A DNA stretch of 64,000 nucleotides from a virus (lineage: Duplodnaviria; Caudoviricetes), in IMG/VR virus record IMGVR_UViG_3300037483_000348, positions 1,943 to 65,942 of that record, one strand, 5' to 3'. Positions 1 through 9,816 of the stretch are shown piece by piece (the first letter of the stretch is position 1; every line of letters begins with the position of its first letter). The position numbers were made by a program, and so were the translations under genes. The notes below the pieces were generated by a model. It worked only from the letters and a program-made list of their open reading frames with translations, had not been told where the DNA came from and ran no database searches.

Positions 1-2
1 CT

Positions 3-716
3 GCGAAGTCGGTCTCGTTCATCCCGGCCAAGCTGACCGACAACGCCATATTGATGGCGGCCGACCCCGGCTATCTCGCCAACCTCATGGCGCTGCCGAC
101 TGTTGAACGTGAACGGCTTCTCGGCGGCAACTGGAAAATCCGCCCCGCCGCTGGCCTCTATTTCCAACGCTCATGGTGCGAAGTGGTCGACGCAATTCCC
201 GCCGGCGTCAAATGGGTGCGCGGCTGGGACCTGGCCGCAACGCCCAAGACCGAAGGCAATGATCCGGACTGGACCTGCGGAACCAAGATCGGCCTGCTTC
301 CAGACGGAACGTTTCTGGTGGCCGATCACCGCCGCGACCGGCTCTCGCCTTCCGGCGTGGAGAAGATGATCAAGAACACGGCGAGCGCGGACGGATACGA
401 AACCCGCATCTCATTGCCGCAGGACCCCGGCTCGGCGGGGAAAAGCCAGATAGCCACGCTGAAAAAGATGCTGGCCGGCTACGAGGTTCGATCCTCTCCG
501 GAGACAGGCGACAAGATCGTCCGCTTCGGCGGGTTCTCGGCCCAAGCGGAAGCCGGAAACGTCTTTGTGCTTCGCGGCCCATGGAACACGACCTGGTTCG
601 ATGAGCTGGAGGGTTTTCCCGAGGGCGTTCATGACGATGACGCGGATTCCACGTCCCGCGCCTTCAACGAACTGGTCGGTCGGACTTCGGCCTTTGATTG
701 GTATGTCGGGAGCTAG
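3..716 (+). CDS. terL: Terminase large subunit, C-terminal nuclease domain (5' partial)
   Basis: Frame open from nt 3; WVRGWDLAA and HDDDADSTSRAF motifs of Terminase_6C; upstream of portal. Confidence 0.9.
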   Translation, partial: AKSVSFIPAKLTDNAILMAADPGYLANLMALPTVERERLLGGNWKIRPAAGLYFQRSWCEVVDAIPAGVKWVRGWDLAATPKTEGNDPDWTCGTKIGLLPDGTFLVADHRRDRLSPSGVEKMIKNTASADGYETRISLPQDPGSAGKSQIATLKKMLAGYEVRSSPETGDKIVRFGGFSAQAEAGNVFVLRGPWNTTWFDELEGFPEGVHDDDADSTSRAFNELVGRTSAFDWYVGS

Positions 717-721
717 GCAAC

Positions 722-970
722 ATGCAGATCGGCAGGATCGAGGGCGCGACCCGGGTTATCGGCAAGTCTCAAGGCTATCTCGGACTGCCGCTGCGAGACG
801 AGAAGATCAATTGCACCGTGGGCGGGGAGGAGACTCCAGCCATGGTCACGGCATGGTTCCCGACGCCTGACGAACTGGCGCGGCTCAATGCCGGCGCTCC
901 GGTCCATCTGCGGGTTCTCGGCACCGCGCATCCGCCGGTCATGGTGGACGTCGGCCAGGAGCCCGACTGA
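722..970 (+). CDS. Conserved phage hypothetical protein
   Basis: ATG at 722 (MQIGRIEGATRVIGKSQGYLGLP); fills the terL-portal gap. Confidence 0.6.
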   Translation: MQIGRIEGATRVIGKSQGYLGLPLRDEKINCTVGGEETPAMVTAWFPTPDELARLNAGAPVHLRVLGTAHPPVMVDVGQEPD

Positions 971-972
971 GC

Positions 973-2403
973 ATGGCGTCTCTCAACCCGCTGTCGTGGT
1001 TCCGCCGCGAGGAAAAGGCGTCCGCCGCGGGCGGCGCGATTTCGGCATGGACGGTCGGCCGCGCCGTCTGGACGGAACGCAACTACGAGAGCCTGGCGAA
1101 CGAAGCCTATCTGCGCAATTCCGTCGCGTTCCGCTGCACCAAGATGATTTCAGGCAGTGCGGCGACGCCGCGATGGCTGCTGCACAACAAGGCGGGCAAG
1201 GAATTCGACGAGCACCCGCTGCTCGACCTGCTCAACCATCCGACCCCGCTCCATGGCGGCGCGACGATGCTGGAGGCGTTCTACGCCTATCTGCTTCTGT
1301 CGGGAAACAGCTATCTCGAAGCAGTCGGGCCCAACAACAAGCCGCCGCGCGAACTGTGGAACCTGCGGCCCGACCGGACCCGCATCATCGCCGGCCCGCA
1401 GGGCATTCCGCAGGGCTTCGAATACGAGGCCTATGGCCGCCTCATCAAATGGGATGTCGATCCGCTCACCGGCAAGGGGCCGATCCTTCACCTGAAAGAG
1501 TTCCATCCGCTCAACGACTGGTACGGCATGAGCCGGGTCGAGGCGGCGGCCTACGGCATCGATCGCCACAACGCGGCATCGGCGCACAACAAGGCGCTGC
1601 TGGACAATGGCGCGCGACCTTCAGGCGCGCTCATCTTCAAGCCCGTCGGCACCGGCGAACACGTCCGCTCCGCGCCCGAGGATGTCGTGAAGAAGGCCGA
1701 GGAGCGGCTGCAAGAGCGTCACGGCGGGCCCGAGAATGCCGGCCGGGCGCTGGTGTTCGGCGGCAATGTCGACTGGACCGAAATGGGTCTCTCGCCGAGG
1801 GACATGGATTTCGGCCAAGGCAAGGACGACGCGGCGCGCGACATCTGCACGTCGTTCGGCGTGCCCCACATCCTGATCGTTCCGGGCGAGTCCACCTACA
1901 ACAACGTCCGCGAGGCCAAGCTGGAGCTGTGGGAGGACACTGTTCTCCCGCTCATCGATCGCACCACCGACGCGCTCAATACCTGGCTGGCGCCGATGTT
2001 CGGGGACGATCTCAGGCTGGCGCCCGATCTCGACGACATCTCGGCGCTGGAATACCGCCGAGAGATCAAGCGCAAGTCTACGCTTGAATTGGTTGCGGCC
2101 GGCCTGATCGATGCTGATGAGGGCCGCGAGGCGCTGCAATACGGTCCCCGTGAAGCGGGCAAGCTGAAAAAGATCGACGCCACCGTGCTCAAGGCGCTGC
2201 TCGAGAGCGTCAAGACCGCGGGTTACGAACCGCTGCTCCGCTACCTGAAATCCGTCGGCCTGGTCGACGAGACCGCCACGCCCGAGCAACTGATCGAGGC
2301 GGCGACCGCCCATCTCGAAGATGACGACGACGAAATCGACAACGCAACCACCCCGGCCGCCAACGAAGACGAGATCGAGGACGAAGACGATGATGCTGCT
2401 TGA
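973..2403 (+). CDS. HK97-family portal protein with acidic C-terminal extension
   Basis: YLLLSGNSY, DWYGMS, LDNGARPSGAL, FGVPHIL, TYNNVREA motifs. Confidence 0.95.
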   Translation: MASLNPLSWFRREEKASAAGGAISAWTVGRAVWTERNYESLANEAYLRNSVAFRCTKMISGSAATPRWLLHNKAGKEFDEHPLLDLLNHPTPLHGGATMLEAFYAYLLLSGNSYLEAVGPNNKPPRELWNLRPDRTRIIAGPQGIPQGFEYEAYGRLIKWDVDPLTGKGPILHLKEFHPLNDWYGMSRVEAAAYGIDRHNAASAHNKALLDNGARPSGALIFKPVGTGEHVRSAPEDVVKKAEERLQERHGGPENAGRALVFGGNVDWTEMGLSPRDMDFGQGKDDAARDICTSFGVPHILIVPGESTYNNVREAKLELWEDTVLPLIDRTTDALNTWLAPMFGDDLRLAPDLDDISALEYRREIKRKSTLELVAAGLIDADEGREALQYGPREAGKLKKIDATVLKALLESVKTAGYEPLLRYLKSVGLVDETATPEQLIEAATAHLEDDDDEIDNATTPAANEDEIEDEDDDAA

Positions 2404-3097
2404 GCGCAAGGACGATATGCAGTTCAAGGGCGACGTTACCCTTCCGCTGCCTCTGGACCTCAAGCAGGTCACTGAGGATGGCGAGTTTGAGGGCTACGCC
2501 GCCACCTTCGGCAATGTCGATCGCGGCGCCGATATCTGTGTGGCCGGCTGCTTCGCCGATACGCTGGTGCGCTTTCCGCCGCCCAAGGTGAAGATGCTTT
2601 TCCAGCATCGCACCGACATGATCATCGGCAAGTGGCTGGAACTGCGCGAGGACCCCAAGGGCCTCTACGCCAAGGGCAAGCTGTTCAACAGCGTCGAAAA
2701 GGGCCGAGAGACGCTGGCGCTGATGCGCGAGGGCGCGCTTGACGGCCTGTCGATCGGGTTCAAGTCCCTGGTCGACGAATACGACCGGACGCTCGGCGTG
2801 CGCCGGCTGATCAAGGTTGAACTCAGGGAGATTTCGGTCGTCACCTTCCCGATGAACGACCAGGCGACCGTCTCCGGCGTCAAGAACCACGAATTCAATC
2901 CCCGCGAGATGGAAAGAGCCTTTCGCGAGGAAATGCACCTTTCTTCCGGCGATGCCGTGACGGCTGTCGCGCTCGTGAAGAAGCACCTTCGGCGTGATGC
3001 CGAAGATCACTCATCTGCTGCCGCTCGTGATGAGACCGGAGCGATGAACGGCCTGCTCGAAGCCCTGCGGGGCGTTCGCGAGGGCCTTCACTCGTAA
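2390..3097 (+). CDS. HK97-family prohead protease
   Basis: FEGYAATFGNVD, LFQH, GLSIGF, EISVVTFPMN motifs; ATG at 2390 overlapping portal end. Confidence 0.92.
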   Translation: MMLLERKDDMQFKGDVTLPLPLDLKQVTEDGEFEGYAATFGNVDRGADICVAGCFADTLVRFPPPKVKMLFQHRTDMIIGKWLELREDPKGLYAKGKLFNSVEKGRETLALMREGALDGLSIGFKSLVDEYDRTLGVRRLIKVELREISVVTFPMNDQATVSGVKNHEFNPREMERAFREEMHLSSGDAVTAVALVKKHLRRDAEDHSSAAARDETGAMNGLLEALRGVREGLHS

Positions 3098-3116
3098 CCA
3101 CCATCAGGAGACCATC

Positions 3117-4529
3117 ATGAGCAACATGCTCCACAGGGAAGCGTTTGTCCTTGAGCGCAAGGACGACAACGGCAACAAGCCGGACAAGGTCATGGAGGAA
3201 GTCACCCGCGAGGTGAAGTCCATCGGCGGCGACGTCAAGAAGCTGCAGGAATCCATGCAGAATGACCTCGCCGAGGTTCGCAAGATCGCCGAGGAGGCCA
3301 AGACCGCCAACAGCCCGGAGATCAAGTCGCAGATCGAGGCGCTGACCACGTCGGTCGGCGAGAAGCACGCGGCCATCGAAAAAGTCATCGCCGACCTGAA
3401 GGAACAGGCCGACGCGGTGGAAACGGCGCTGAACCGCTCGCACACCACGGGCGACGATCCCGACGCGCAGAAGAAGGCGGTGGACGACGCGCTGCGCTTC
3501 TTCGAGGGTAAGATGGCCGCTTCCGGCAATCTGACCTGGGGCAATCGCCCCACCACGGAGACCGCCGATATCGACGGCTACAAGGCTTGGGAAAATGCCT
3601 TCCCGATCTATCTGCGCGCCCATGACGAGCGGGTGATCGAGGCCAAGGCGCTGTCGGTCGGCATCAATCCGAACGGCGGCTATCTGGTCCCGACGGCACG
3701 GTCCAGCCGCATGACCCAGAAGATCTACGAGAGCTCGCCCATTCGCCAGCTCGCGATGATCGAGACCATCGGCACCGACTCGCTCGAGATTCCCTACGAT
3801 CTCGACGAGGCCGGAACCGGCTGGGTCGGTGAGACTCAGTCCCGCGCCGAGACCGATACGCCGACCGTCGGCGAGCAGAAGATCCCGGTCCACGAGATGT
3901 ACGCGAAGCCCAAGGCGACGCAGAAGTTCCTCGAGGACGCGTCGATCGACGTCGAGGCGTGGCTTGCCCGCAAGGTCGGCGAGAAGATGGGTCGCACCGA
4001 GGCCACGGCGTTCGTCAACGGCAACGGCGTGCTCCAGCCGCGCGGCATTCTGACCTATGCGCATGGCACGTCGGGCGCCCGCGATACCATCCGCCAGGTG
4101 GCGTCTGGTGCGGCGGCGACCATCACCGGCGACATCATCGTCAAGATGCCGTGGGAACTGAAAGGGCCGTATCTCGCCAATGCGACGTGGCTCATGAAGC
4201 GCTCCACGGTGCAGGCGGTGATGCTGCTCAAGGACGGCGACGGCCAGTATATGTGGCGTCCCGGCCTTACCGCTGGAGCGCCTTCGACGCTGGTCGGCTT
4301 CCCGGTCAGCCAGGCCGACGACATGCCGGTGGTCGGGGCCAACAACCTCGCCATGGCCTTCGGCGACTTCCGCCGCGGCTACACCGTGGTCGATCGTCTC
4401 GGCATCACCACGCTTCGCGATCCCTATTCGGCCAAGCCGTATGTCGAGTTCTACACGCGCAAGCGTGTCGGCGGCGCGGTGGTCGATTTCGAGGCGTTCG
4501 CGATCGTGAAGGTCGCCGCGTCGGTCTAA
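3117..4529 (+). CDS. HK97-fold major capsid protein with long N-terminal delta domain
   Basis: GGYLVP, FVNGNG-QPRGIL, AFGDFRRGYTVVDR, RVGGAVVDFEA motifs. Confidence 0.95.
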   Translation: MSNMLHREAFVLERKDDNGNKPDKVMEEVTREVKSIGGDVKKLQESMQNDLAEVRKIAEEAKTANSPEIKSQIEALTTSVGEKHAAIEKVIADLKEQADAVETALNRSHTTGDDPDAQKKAVDDALRFFEGKMAASGNLTWGNRPTTETADIDGYKAWENAFPIYLRAHDERVIEAKALSVGINPNGGYLVPTARSSRMTQKIYESSPIRQLAMIETIGTDSLEIPYDLDEAGTGWVGETQSRAETDTPTVGEQKIPVHEMYAKPKATQKFLEDASIDVEAWLARKVGEKMGRTEATAFVNGNGVLQPRGILTYAHGTSGARDTIRQVASGAAATITGDIIVKMPWELKGPYLANATWLMKRSTVQAVMLLKDGDGQYMWRPGLTAGAPSTLVGFPVSQADDMPVVGANNLAMAFGDFRRGYTVVDRLGITTLRDPYSAKPYVEFYTRKRVGGAVVDFEAFAIVKVAASV

Positions 4530-4602
4530 CCCGGCCCCTGAATGAGATGCCCGTCGCGGCCTGATCCGCGGCGGGTTCCCTCTGGAACAAGGAACCACGA
4601 AA

Positions 4603-5049
4603 ATGCACATGAACTTTCTCAAGGACGCGAAGTTCCTTGCGGTCGAGAACGCGGCGGCGGCGGGGCAGACCACGCTCACCACCGATGTCGTCGACACGCG
4701 GGGCTTCGATTCGATCTGCTTCATCGTCAAGCTGGGCGATGTCGACAACACCAGCGTTCTCACGCTGACCGCAAAGACCAACACGGCGGACTCAACGTCC
4801 TCGCCGACGCCCACCACGCTGGCCGATACCGTCACCCATACGGCCGACGCCACGGATGCCGACAACAAGCTGTTGATCCTCGACATCCACAAGCCGCGCG
4901 ACCGCTATGTGTTCGCAACGCTTGCGCGCGCCACGGCCGATGCCGTTGTGGATGGCATTTTCGTCATCCTCTACAACGCGCATGAGAAGCCGGTGACGCA
5001 GGACGCCACGGTGATCGCTTCGGCCCTGCTGAACGATCCGGCGGCCTGA
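4603..5049 (+). CDS. Head-region protein, possible capsid decoration
   Basis: Good RBS, beta-rich, directly after capsid gene; function inferred from position. Confidence 0.6.
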   Translation: MHMNFLKDAKFLAVENAAAAGQTTLTTDVVDTRGFDSICFIVKLGDVDNTSVLTLTAKTNTADSTSSPTPTTLADTVTHTADATDADNKLLILDIHKPRDRYVFATLARATADAVVDGIFVILYNAHEKPVTQDATVIASALLNDPAA

Positions 5050-5150
5050 TCCCTGAAGGCGGGGCTCCGGCCCCGCCATCTCCCCATCAACTCCAAAGCG
5101 CGCAGCGCTAGAGGCGCGAAGGCGACCTCGCAACAAAGGAGACTATTCCC

Positions 5151-5744
5151 ATGGCCGATGGCACATATCAGCCCAAGGTTTACCGCGAGCAGGGCGGCGA
5201 TCGTCAGGTCATCGCATCCGGCGGTTCGCTCGATGTCGAGAGCGGCGGCGAACTGGATATCGAAAGCGGCGCATCGCTCAAGCTGGCCGGGACCGCGATT
5301 TCCGCAACTGCGGACGAACTCAACGCGGCTGCCGATGTCAGCGCAAGGCAGGTTGCCCTTGGCGACGAGGACGCGACGATCAGCGCGGCTAACAGCGGCA
5401 AGACGCACACCATCGACAATGTCAGCGCCGACCGCACCTTTACCCTCCCGCCAGTCGCCGCCGGTCTGGAATATCTCTTTGTGGCCGAGGTTGGCGCCGC
5501 CGACGGCCACGACTGGGTATTCGTTGCCGACGACACCGCCGATCTGTTCAAGGGCGGGCTTCTATCCGTCGATACCGATGCTGGTCCGGCAACTGTCGCC
5601 GCTGTCGTTGCGGACCAATCCGACGATGACCAGCTTCAGGTCAACCTCCCTCAAGGCGGGACGTCGATTCGCATGATCAGCGATGGAACCTACTGGATTG
5701 TCTCTGGTACGGTGGTCAGCGCCGAAGCGCCGGTATTCAGCTAA
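5151..5744 (+). CDS. Head-region structural protein (head fibre/decoration candidate)
   Basis: RBS AGGAG; SGGxLDxESG mini-repeats; position. Confidence 0.55.
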   Translation: MADGTYQPKVYREQGGDRQVIASGGSLDVESGGELDIESGASLKLAGTAISATADELNAAADVSARQVALGDEDATISAANSGKTHTIDNVSADRTFTLPPVAAGLEYLFVAEVGAADGHDWVFVADDTADLFKGGLLSVDTDAGPATVAAVVADQSDDDQLQVNLPQGGTSIRMISDGTYWIVSGTVVSAEAPVFS

Positions 5745-6109
5745 TGTTCGCGGAACGCAAGAGCGTCACCCTGACCACGGACGATCAGGGTGACGTCACC
5801 GGCTATATCGAGGTGCCGCACGGCCGCGTCATGTCGCTGCACTACGTCAAGGACGACTTCGATAATGGCGTGGATTTCACCATCTCGGCGGAAGCGACCG
5901 GCGAGGGGCTGTGGACCGAAAGCGACGTGAATGCGGCGAAGTCGGTCTATCCCCGCGTTCCCGTGACCGACCAGGTTGGCGGTGGCGTCACCTTCGACGG
6001 CACCAACGAAACCTATGAGCCGATCCTTCTCGCGAACGACCGGATCAAGATCGTCGTCGCCAGTGGCGGCGACACCAAGACGGGCGAATTCATCGCCGTC
6101 ATTGCATAG
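5744..6109 (+). CDS. Hypothetical structural protein
   Basis: Translationally coupled ORF in head operon. Confidence 0.55.
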   Translation: MFAERKSVTLTTDDQGDVTGYIEVPHGRVMSLHYVKDDFDNGVDFTISAEATGEGLWTESDVNAAKSVYPRVPVTDQVGGGVTFDGTNETYEPILLANDRIKIVVASGGDTKTGEFIAVIA

Positions 6110-6121
6110 GGAGTCACCGAC

Positions 6122-6511
6122 ATGACCAAGTGCCTGATCAAGAAGCCCTTCCCGTTCTCCGAGGACGGCTTTACCACCAAGTCGGCGGAGAGGGATCAGG
6201 TTCGCACCGATATCCCGGAAGCCAGCATTCCCGGCCTCAAGGCGGAGGGATACATCGAGATCGTCGAGGGCGACGCCCCTGTCGTCGAGGTCAAGGATGC
6301 CGGCCCGTCGGTCGAGAACAAGATGGAGCCGGAGCCCGTCGCGGAAAACAAGGACGAGCCGGAAGGCAAGGCCGAAGATGACGCAAAGGTCGCGATCGAA
6401 GGCCTGCGCGCCGAATACACCAAGTTCAAGGGCAGGAAGCCATTCTCGGGCTGGGATGCCGACACGCTGCGCGCCAAGATCGCGGAGATGAAGACCGAGG
6501 CGGGCGAGTAA
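6122..6511 (+). CDS. Hypothetical protein with C-terminal HeH/LEM-like helix pair
   Basis: GRKPFSGWDADTLRAKIAE C-terminus. Confidence 0.5.
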   Translation: MTKCLIKKPFPFSEDGFTTKSAERDQVRTDIPEASIPGLKAEGYIEIVEGDAPVVEVKDAGPSVENKMEPEPVAENKDEPEGKAEDDAKVAIEGLRAEYTKFKGRKPFSGWDADTLRAKIAEMKTEAGE

Positions 6512-6517
6512 GCCGGC

Positions 6518-6946
6518 ATGACGACGCGCCAGGACCTCCATATCCGCCAGGGTGAGACCTGGTCGTTCGTCCATACCCATTTGTCGGGCGGCTCGGCTGT
6601 TGACCTCACCGGCTACACCGCCCGCATGAAGATCAAGCGCGACGTGCAGTCGGGAACCGAAGCCTTTCTGTCCACCGGGGCCGACAAGAACGGCGGCACG
6701 ATCACGCTCGGCGGCGCTCAGGGCACGATCACCCTGTCCATGACGGCGGCAGAGAGCGCCGCACTTGGCGGATCGACGCTCAACTGGCACTGGATGGACG
6801 AGGCGGGCCTGACCGGGGAGCGCAGGACGCGCGCCCACGATCGGGAGCTGAAATTCATCTACGACCTCGAGATCGTTGATGGCGACGGCGCTGTGACGCG
6901 CGTTCTTGAAGGGCGCGTGCTCGTCTATCGCGAGGTGTCGAGCTAA
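6518..6946 (+). CDS. Structural protein, BppU-N-like Ig fold
   Basis: IRQGETW, DLTGYTARMKIK, YDLEI, TRVLEGRV pattern. Confidence 0.6.
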   Translation: MTTRQDLHIRQGETWSFVHTHLSGGSAVDLTGYTARMKIKRDVQSGTEAFLSTGADKNGGTITLGGAQGTITLSMTAAESAALGGSTLNWHWMDEAGLTGERRTRAHDRELKFIYDLEIVDGDGAVTRVLEGRVLVYREVSS

Positions 6947-7470
6947 TGGCAATCACTGTCGAGGACGGGACCGGCGTTGCCGGCGCGGAGAGCTATGCCA
7001 GTGTCGCCGATGCCGACACCTATTGGGGCAAGCGCACCCACCAGGCGCTCTACACGACATGGGACGGTGCTTCGACAGCGGAAAAGGAAGGCGCGCTGCG
7101 CGAGGCCACGACCTATGTCGAGGCGCGCTGGGGCCAGTTCTACCGGGGTGTGAAGCGGGGCAATGCGCAGGGCCTGCAATGGCCGCGCAGCGATGCCGAA
7201 GACGATACGGGCTACCCGCTCCCCGATCTGCCGCCAGAACTGGCGAGCGCTGTTGCCGAGCTTGCGGCGCGCGCCGTTTCCGCCCTGCTTGCCGAGGATC
7301 GCGACCGTGGCGGCCAGGTCAAGCGCGAGCGGGTCGAAGGCGCGGTTGAGGTGGAATATTTCGAGGGTGCGCCCGCCGATCCCGATTATGGTTCTGTCGC
7401 CGGCATTCTGGCGCCGGTGCTCAACGGCGCGCAGCCCGAGGCGCGGACGCCAAGCTGGAACTGGCGCTGA
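6946..7470 (+). CDS. Head-tail adaptor (connector) protein
   Basis: ITVEDGTG-AESYASVADAD, QGLQWPR, VKRERVEGAVEVEY motifs. Confidence 0.75.
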   Translation: MAITVEDGTGVAGAESYASVADADTYWGKRTHQALYTTWDGASTAEKEGALREATTYVEARWGQFYRGVKRGNAQGLQWPRSDAEDDTGYPLPDLPPELASAVAELAARAVSALLAEDRDRGGQVKRERVEGAVEVEYFEGAPADPDYGSVAGILAPVLNGAQPEARTPSWNWR

Positions 7471-7886
7471 TGGCCGGCTTCAACTACGCGGCCATGCAGG
7501 ACAAGGCCGACACGCTGCTGGACCGCTTCAAGCAGGGCACCGTCACCTTGCTGCGCGTCACGCCCGGAACGCCTGATCCGGATGAACCCTGGGTGCCGGT
7601 AGATGACACGACCGTCACCTACGCGCTGAAAGCCACGGTGCGGAGTGTTGAAGATCGCTACGTGGACGGAACCACGATCTTCGCCACGGATTCGATGGTC
7701 ACTGCCTCGCCCATCATGACCAAGACGCATGAAGATGGAGATGCGGTCGCCAATGTCGAAACCGAGCTTGAAGTCCTGCCGGGCGACGACATGGCGATCG
7801 ACGGCAAGGTGGTGACGATCGTGAAAACCATGCGGGTGCCGAAGGCGGGCACTGCGGTGGTTTGGAAATTTATCACGAGGGGCTGA
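7470..7886 (+). CDS. Head closure / head-tail joining protein
   Basis: Position after adaptor, size and beta-barrel pattern. Confidence 0.62.
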   Translation: MAGFNYAAMQDKADTLLDRFKQGTVTLLRVTPGTPDPDEPWVPVDDTTVTYALKATVRSVEDRYVDGTTIFATDSMVTASPIMTKTHEDGDAVANVETELEVLPGDDMAIDGKVVTIVKTMRVPKAGTAVVWKFITRG

Positions 7887-7887
7887 G

Positions 7888-8913
7888 ATGGCACGTCGCC
7901 CGACGCCTCAACAGCGCCTCGAAAAGCTGCTCGCAGAGTTTGAGCCCATCATTCGCAAAGCTTTCAGGGCAGCGATCCGCGACCTCGCCTCCAATGCAGA
8001 AATCGGCCAGGTGGCCGATATGTTGGCAAAAGGGGATATCGAAGGGGCGCTGCGGGCACTGCATATCGACCCGGCCGCGTTTCGGGGTCTCGATGAGGCA
8101 ATCCGACAGACGTACATCGCCGGCGGGTCGAGCGCCGCGGCGACAGTCCCCGCAGTGACGCAACTGGATGGCACCCGGCTTGTCATGCGCTTTGACGCCA
8201 GATCGCCAAGGGCGGAAAGGTGGCTTGCGGAACACAGTTCCACTCTCATCACCAACATCGTCGAGGACCAGCGCGGCATGGTCCGCACCGCACTGCGCGA
8301 AGGCATGGAAAGGGGCAGGAACCCGCGTTCTGTTGCTCTTGATATCGCGGGAAGAATCAATCCGGCGACGGGCAGGCGAGAGGGCGGCTTGCTCGGGCTC
8401 ACATCCGGCCAGGAGCGTGCCGTTTCGAAGGCAAAGGACGAACTGCTCTCGGGCGACAGGACGCAGCTCAGGAACTATCTGACGCGCGGTCGGCGCGACA
8501 AACGCTTCGACACCTATGTCCGCAAGGCGATCAAGGACGGCAAGCCGGTCCCCTCCAATATCGTCAGCCGCATGACGGGGCGCTACGCGGATCGGCAATT
8601 GCAGCTCAGGGCAGAGACGATCGCTCGAACCGAAGCGATCGCCTCGCTCAACCGCAGCCAGGTTGATGCGTTCGGGCAGGCCATCGATTCCGGCGCCATC
8701 AACCGGGGCGACGTCAGGAAGGTGTGGAAGGCCACACGCGACGCGCGTACCAGAGACAGTCACCGCCATCTCGACGGCGAGAGCGTTGGTTACGACGAGC
8801 GCTTCGCCAACGGGTTGCTCTATCCCGGCGAGCCGGGCGGACCGGCGGCGGAGGTGATCAACTGTCGCTGCACTCTGCTGCTGCGTGTGGATTTCCTCGC
8901 GAACCTGTCTTGA
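7888..8913 (+). CDS. Head morphogenesis protein (Mu gpF / SPP1 gp7 family)
   Basis: RAETIARTE, KVWKATRDARTRDSH, LLYPGEP, EVINCRC motifs. Confidence 0.87.
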   Translation: MARRPTPQQRLEKLLAEFEPIIRKAFRAAIRDLASNAEIGQVADMLAKGDIEGALRALHIDPAAFRGLDEAIRQTYIAGGSSAAATVPAVTQLDGTRLVMRFDARSPRAERWLAEHSSTLITNIVEDQRGMVRTALREGMERGRNPRSVALDIAGRINPATGRREGGLLGLTSGQERAVSKAKDELLSGDRTQLRNYLTRGRRDKRFDTYVRKAIKDGKPVPSNIVSRMTGRYADRQLQLRAETIARTEAIASLNRSQVDAFGQAIDSGAINRGDVRKVWKATRDARTRDSHRHLDGESVGYDERFANGLLYPGEPGGPAAEVINCRCTLLLRVDFLANLS

Positions 8914-8943
8914 CAGCGGCAACTGTTGTAACCAATTTGGCAC
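8910..8943 (+). promoter_or_regulatory. Putative sigma70 promoter overlapped by operator copy (TAACCA ATT TGGCAC, 8929-8943)
   Basis: TTGACA at 8910-8915, 17-nt spacer, CAATTT; operator covers the -10. Confidence 0.5.
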
Positions 8944-9054
8944 TAATTTCGCGGGTTCTCCGGGAGAAAGCGCTCCTCCAGGGTGCTGAGCCAAGATCGA
9001 CACTTGGAACCCGCTCCATCAAATCGGCCATCTGGCCGAATTACGAGGCCCGAC

Positions 9055-9207
9055 ATGAAAAACGGAACACTGGTCGAATACCGGGACAGCGCCAACCGCA
9101 AGCGCCAGGGGCGCGTCTCTCGCCGCAGCGACCGCACCGGCCGGCGCATGTACCGCGTCAATGACCAGTGGTTTGAGCGGGGCGATCTGACCGTCCTTCC
9201 AGAGTAG
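9055..9207 (+). CDS. 50-aa basic microprotein
   Basis: GAGG RBS, ATG at 9055; downstream of internal promoter. Confidence 0.5.
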   Translation: MKNGTLVEYRDSANRKRQGRVSRRSDRTGRRMYRVNDQWFERGDLTVLPE

Positions 9208-9235
9208 CAATCTCGGCCATTCCGGAGCAGTCACG

Positions 9236-9649
9236 ATGGCGCAGACTTTCTCCGCGACCATCGACGCCTGGGCCCGCAAGTCCGAAGCGCGGATGCTCGC
9301 GATATTCCAGACCGCTTCGCAGTATTTCATCAAGGACGTGATCGACCGGACGCGGCGGGACACCGGCTATCTCGTCAACAGCCTGACAGTGAATCTCGAC
9401 GGCCCACTCCCGATGCGCGAGGGCGCTCGCCCGCCACCGGGCACGCCTGAGAATTCCTACGAGCCGCAGCCCTACGCGCTCACCATTGCCGGCGCCCCAC
9501 TCGGCGGGACAATTTTCGGATCGTTCATTGCCGAATATGCTGCGGTGCGAGAGGCTTACGACCAGATGATCGGCCTGTCCGCCCAGAACTGGAAAGCGCA
9601 TGTGGCGAAAGCTAGCGCCGAGGCTCGCGCCCGCGTTCGTTCAGGCTGA
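9236..9649 (+). CDS. Neck / tail completion protein (HK97 gp10-like)
   Basis: DTGYLVNS motif, position. Confidence 0.62.
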   Translation: MAQTFSATIDAWARKSEARMLAIFQTASQYFIKDVIDRTRRDTGYLVNSLTVNLDGPLPMREGARPPPGTPENSYEPQPYALTIAGAPLGGTIFGSFIAEYAAVREAYDQMIGLSAQNWKAHVAKASAEARARVRSG

Positions 9650-9797
9650 TCAGTCCTGCGAGGATCACCAGCAGAGCTGCGCGGGAGGTTTTCAGCGCGG
9701 TGTCGCCGGCGGTCGTCTTGCCCGTCATGCCGTCAAGGTCAAACACGATCCGATGCAGGAAATCCGCAACCTCGTCGTCGGACAGCGACTCGCTCAT
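9612..9797 (-). CDS. Small antisense hypothetical protein
   Basis: Fills 170-bp gap in late operon; weak support. Confidence 0.35.
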   Translation of the reverse strand: MSESLSDDEVADFLHRIVFDLDGMTGKTTAGDTALKTSRAALLVILAGLISLNERGREPRR

Positions 9798-9816
9798 TTG
9801 CTCGGGGTAGCACGCG

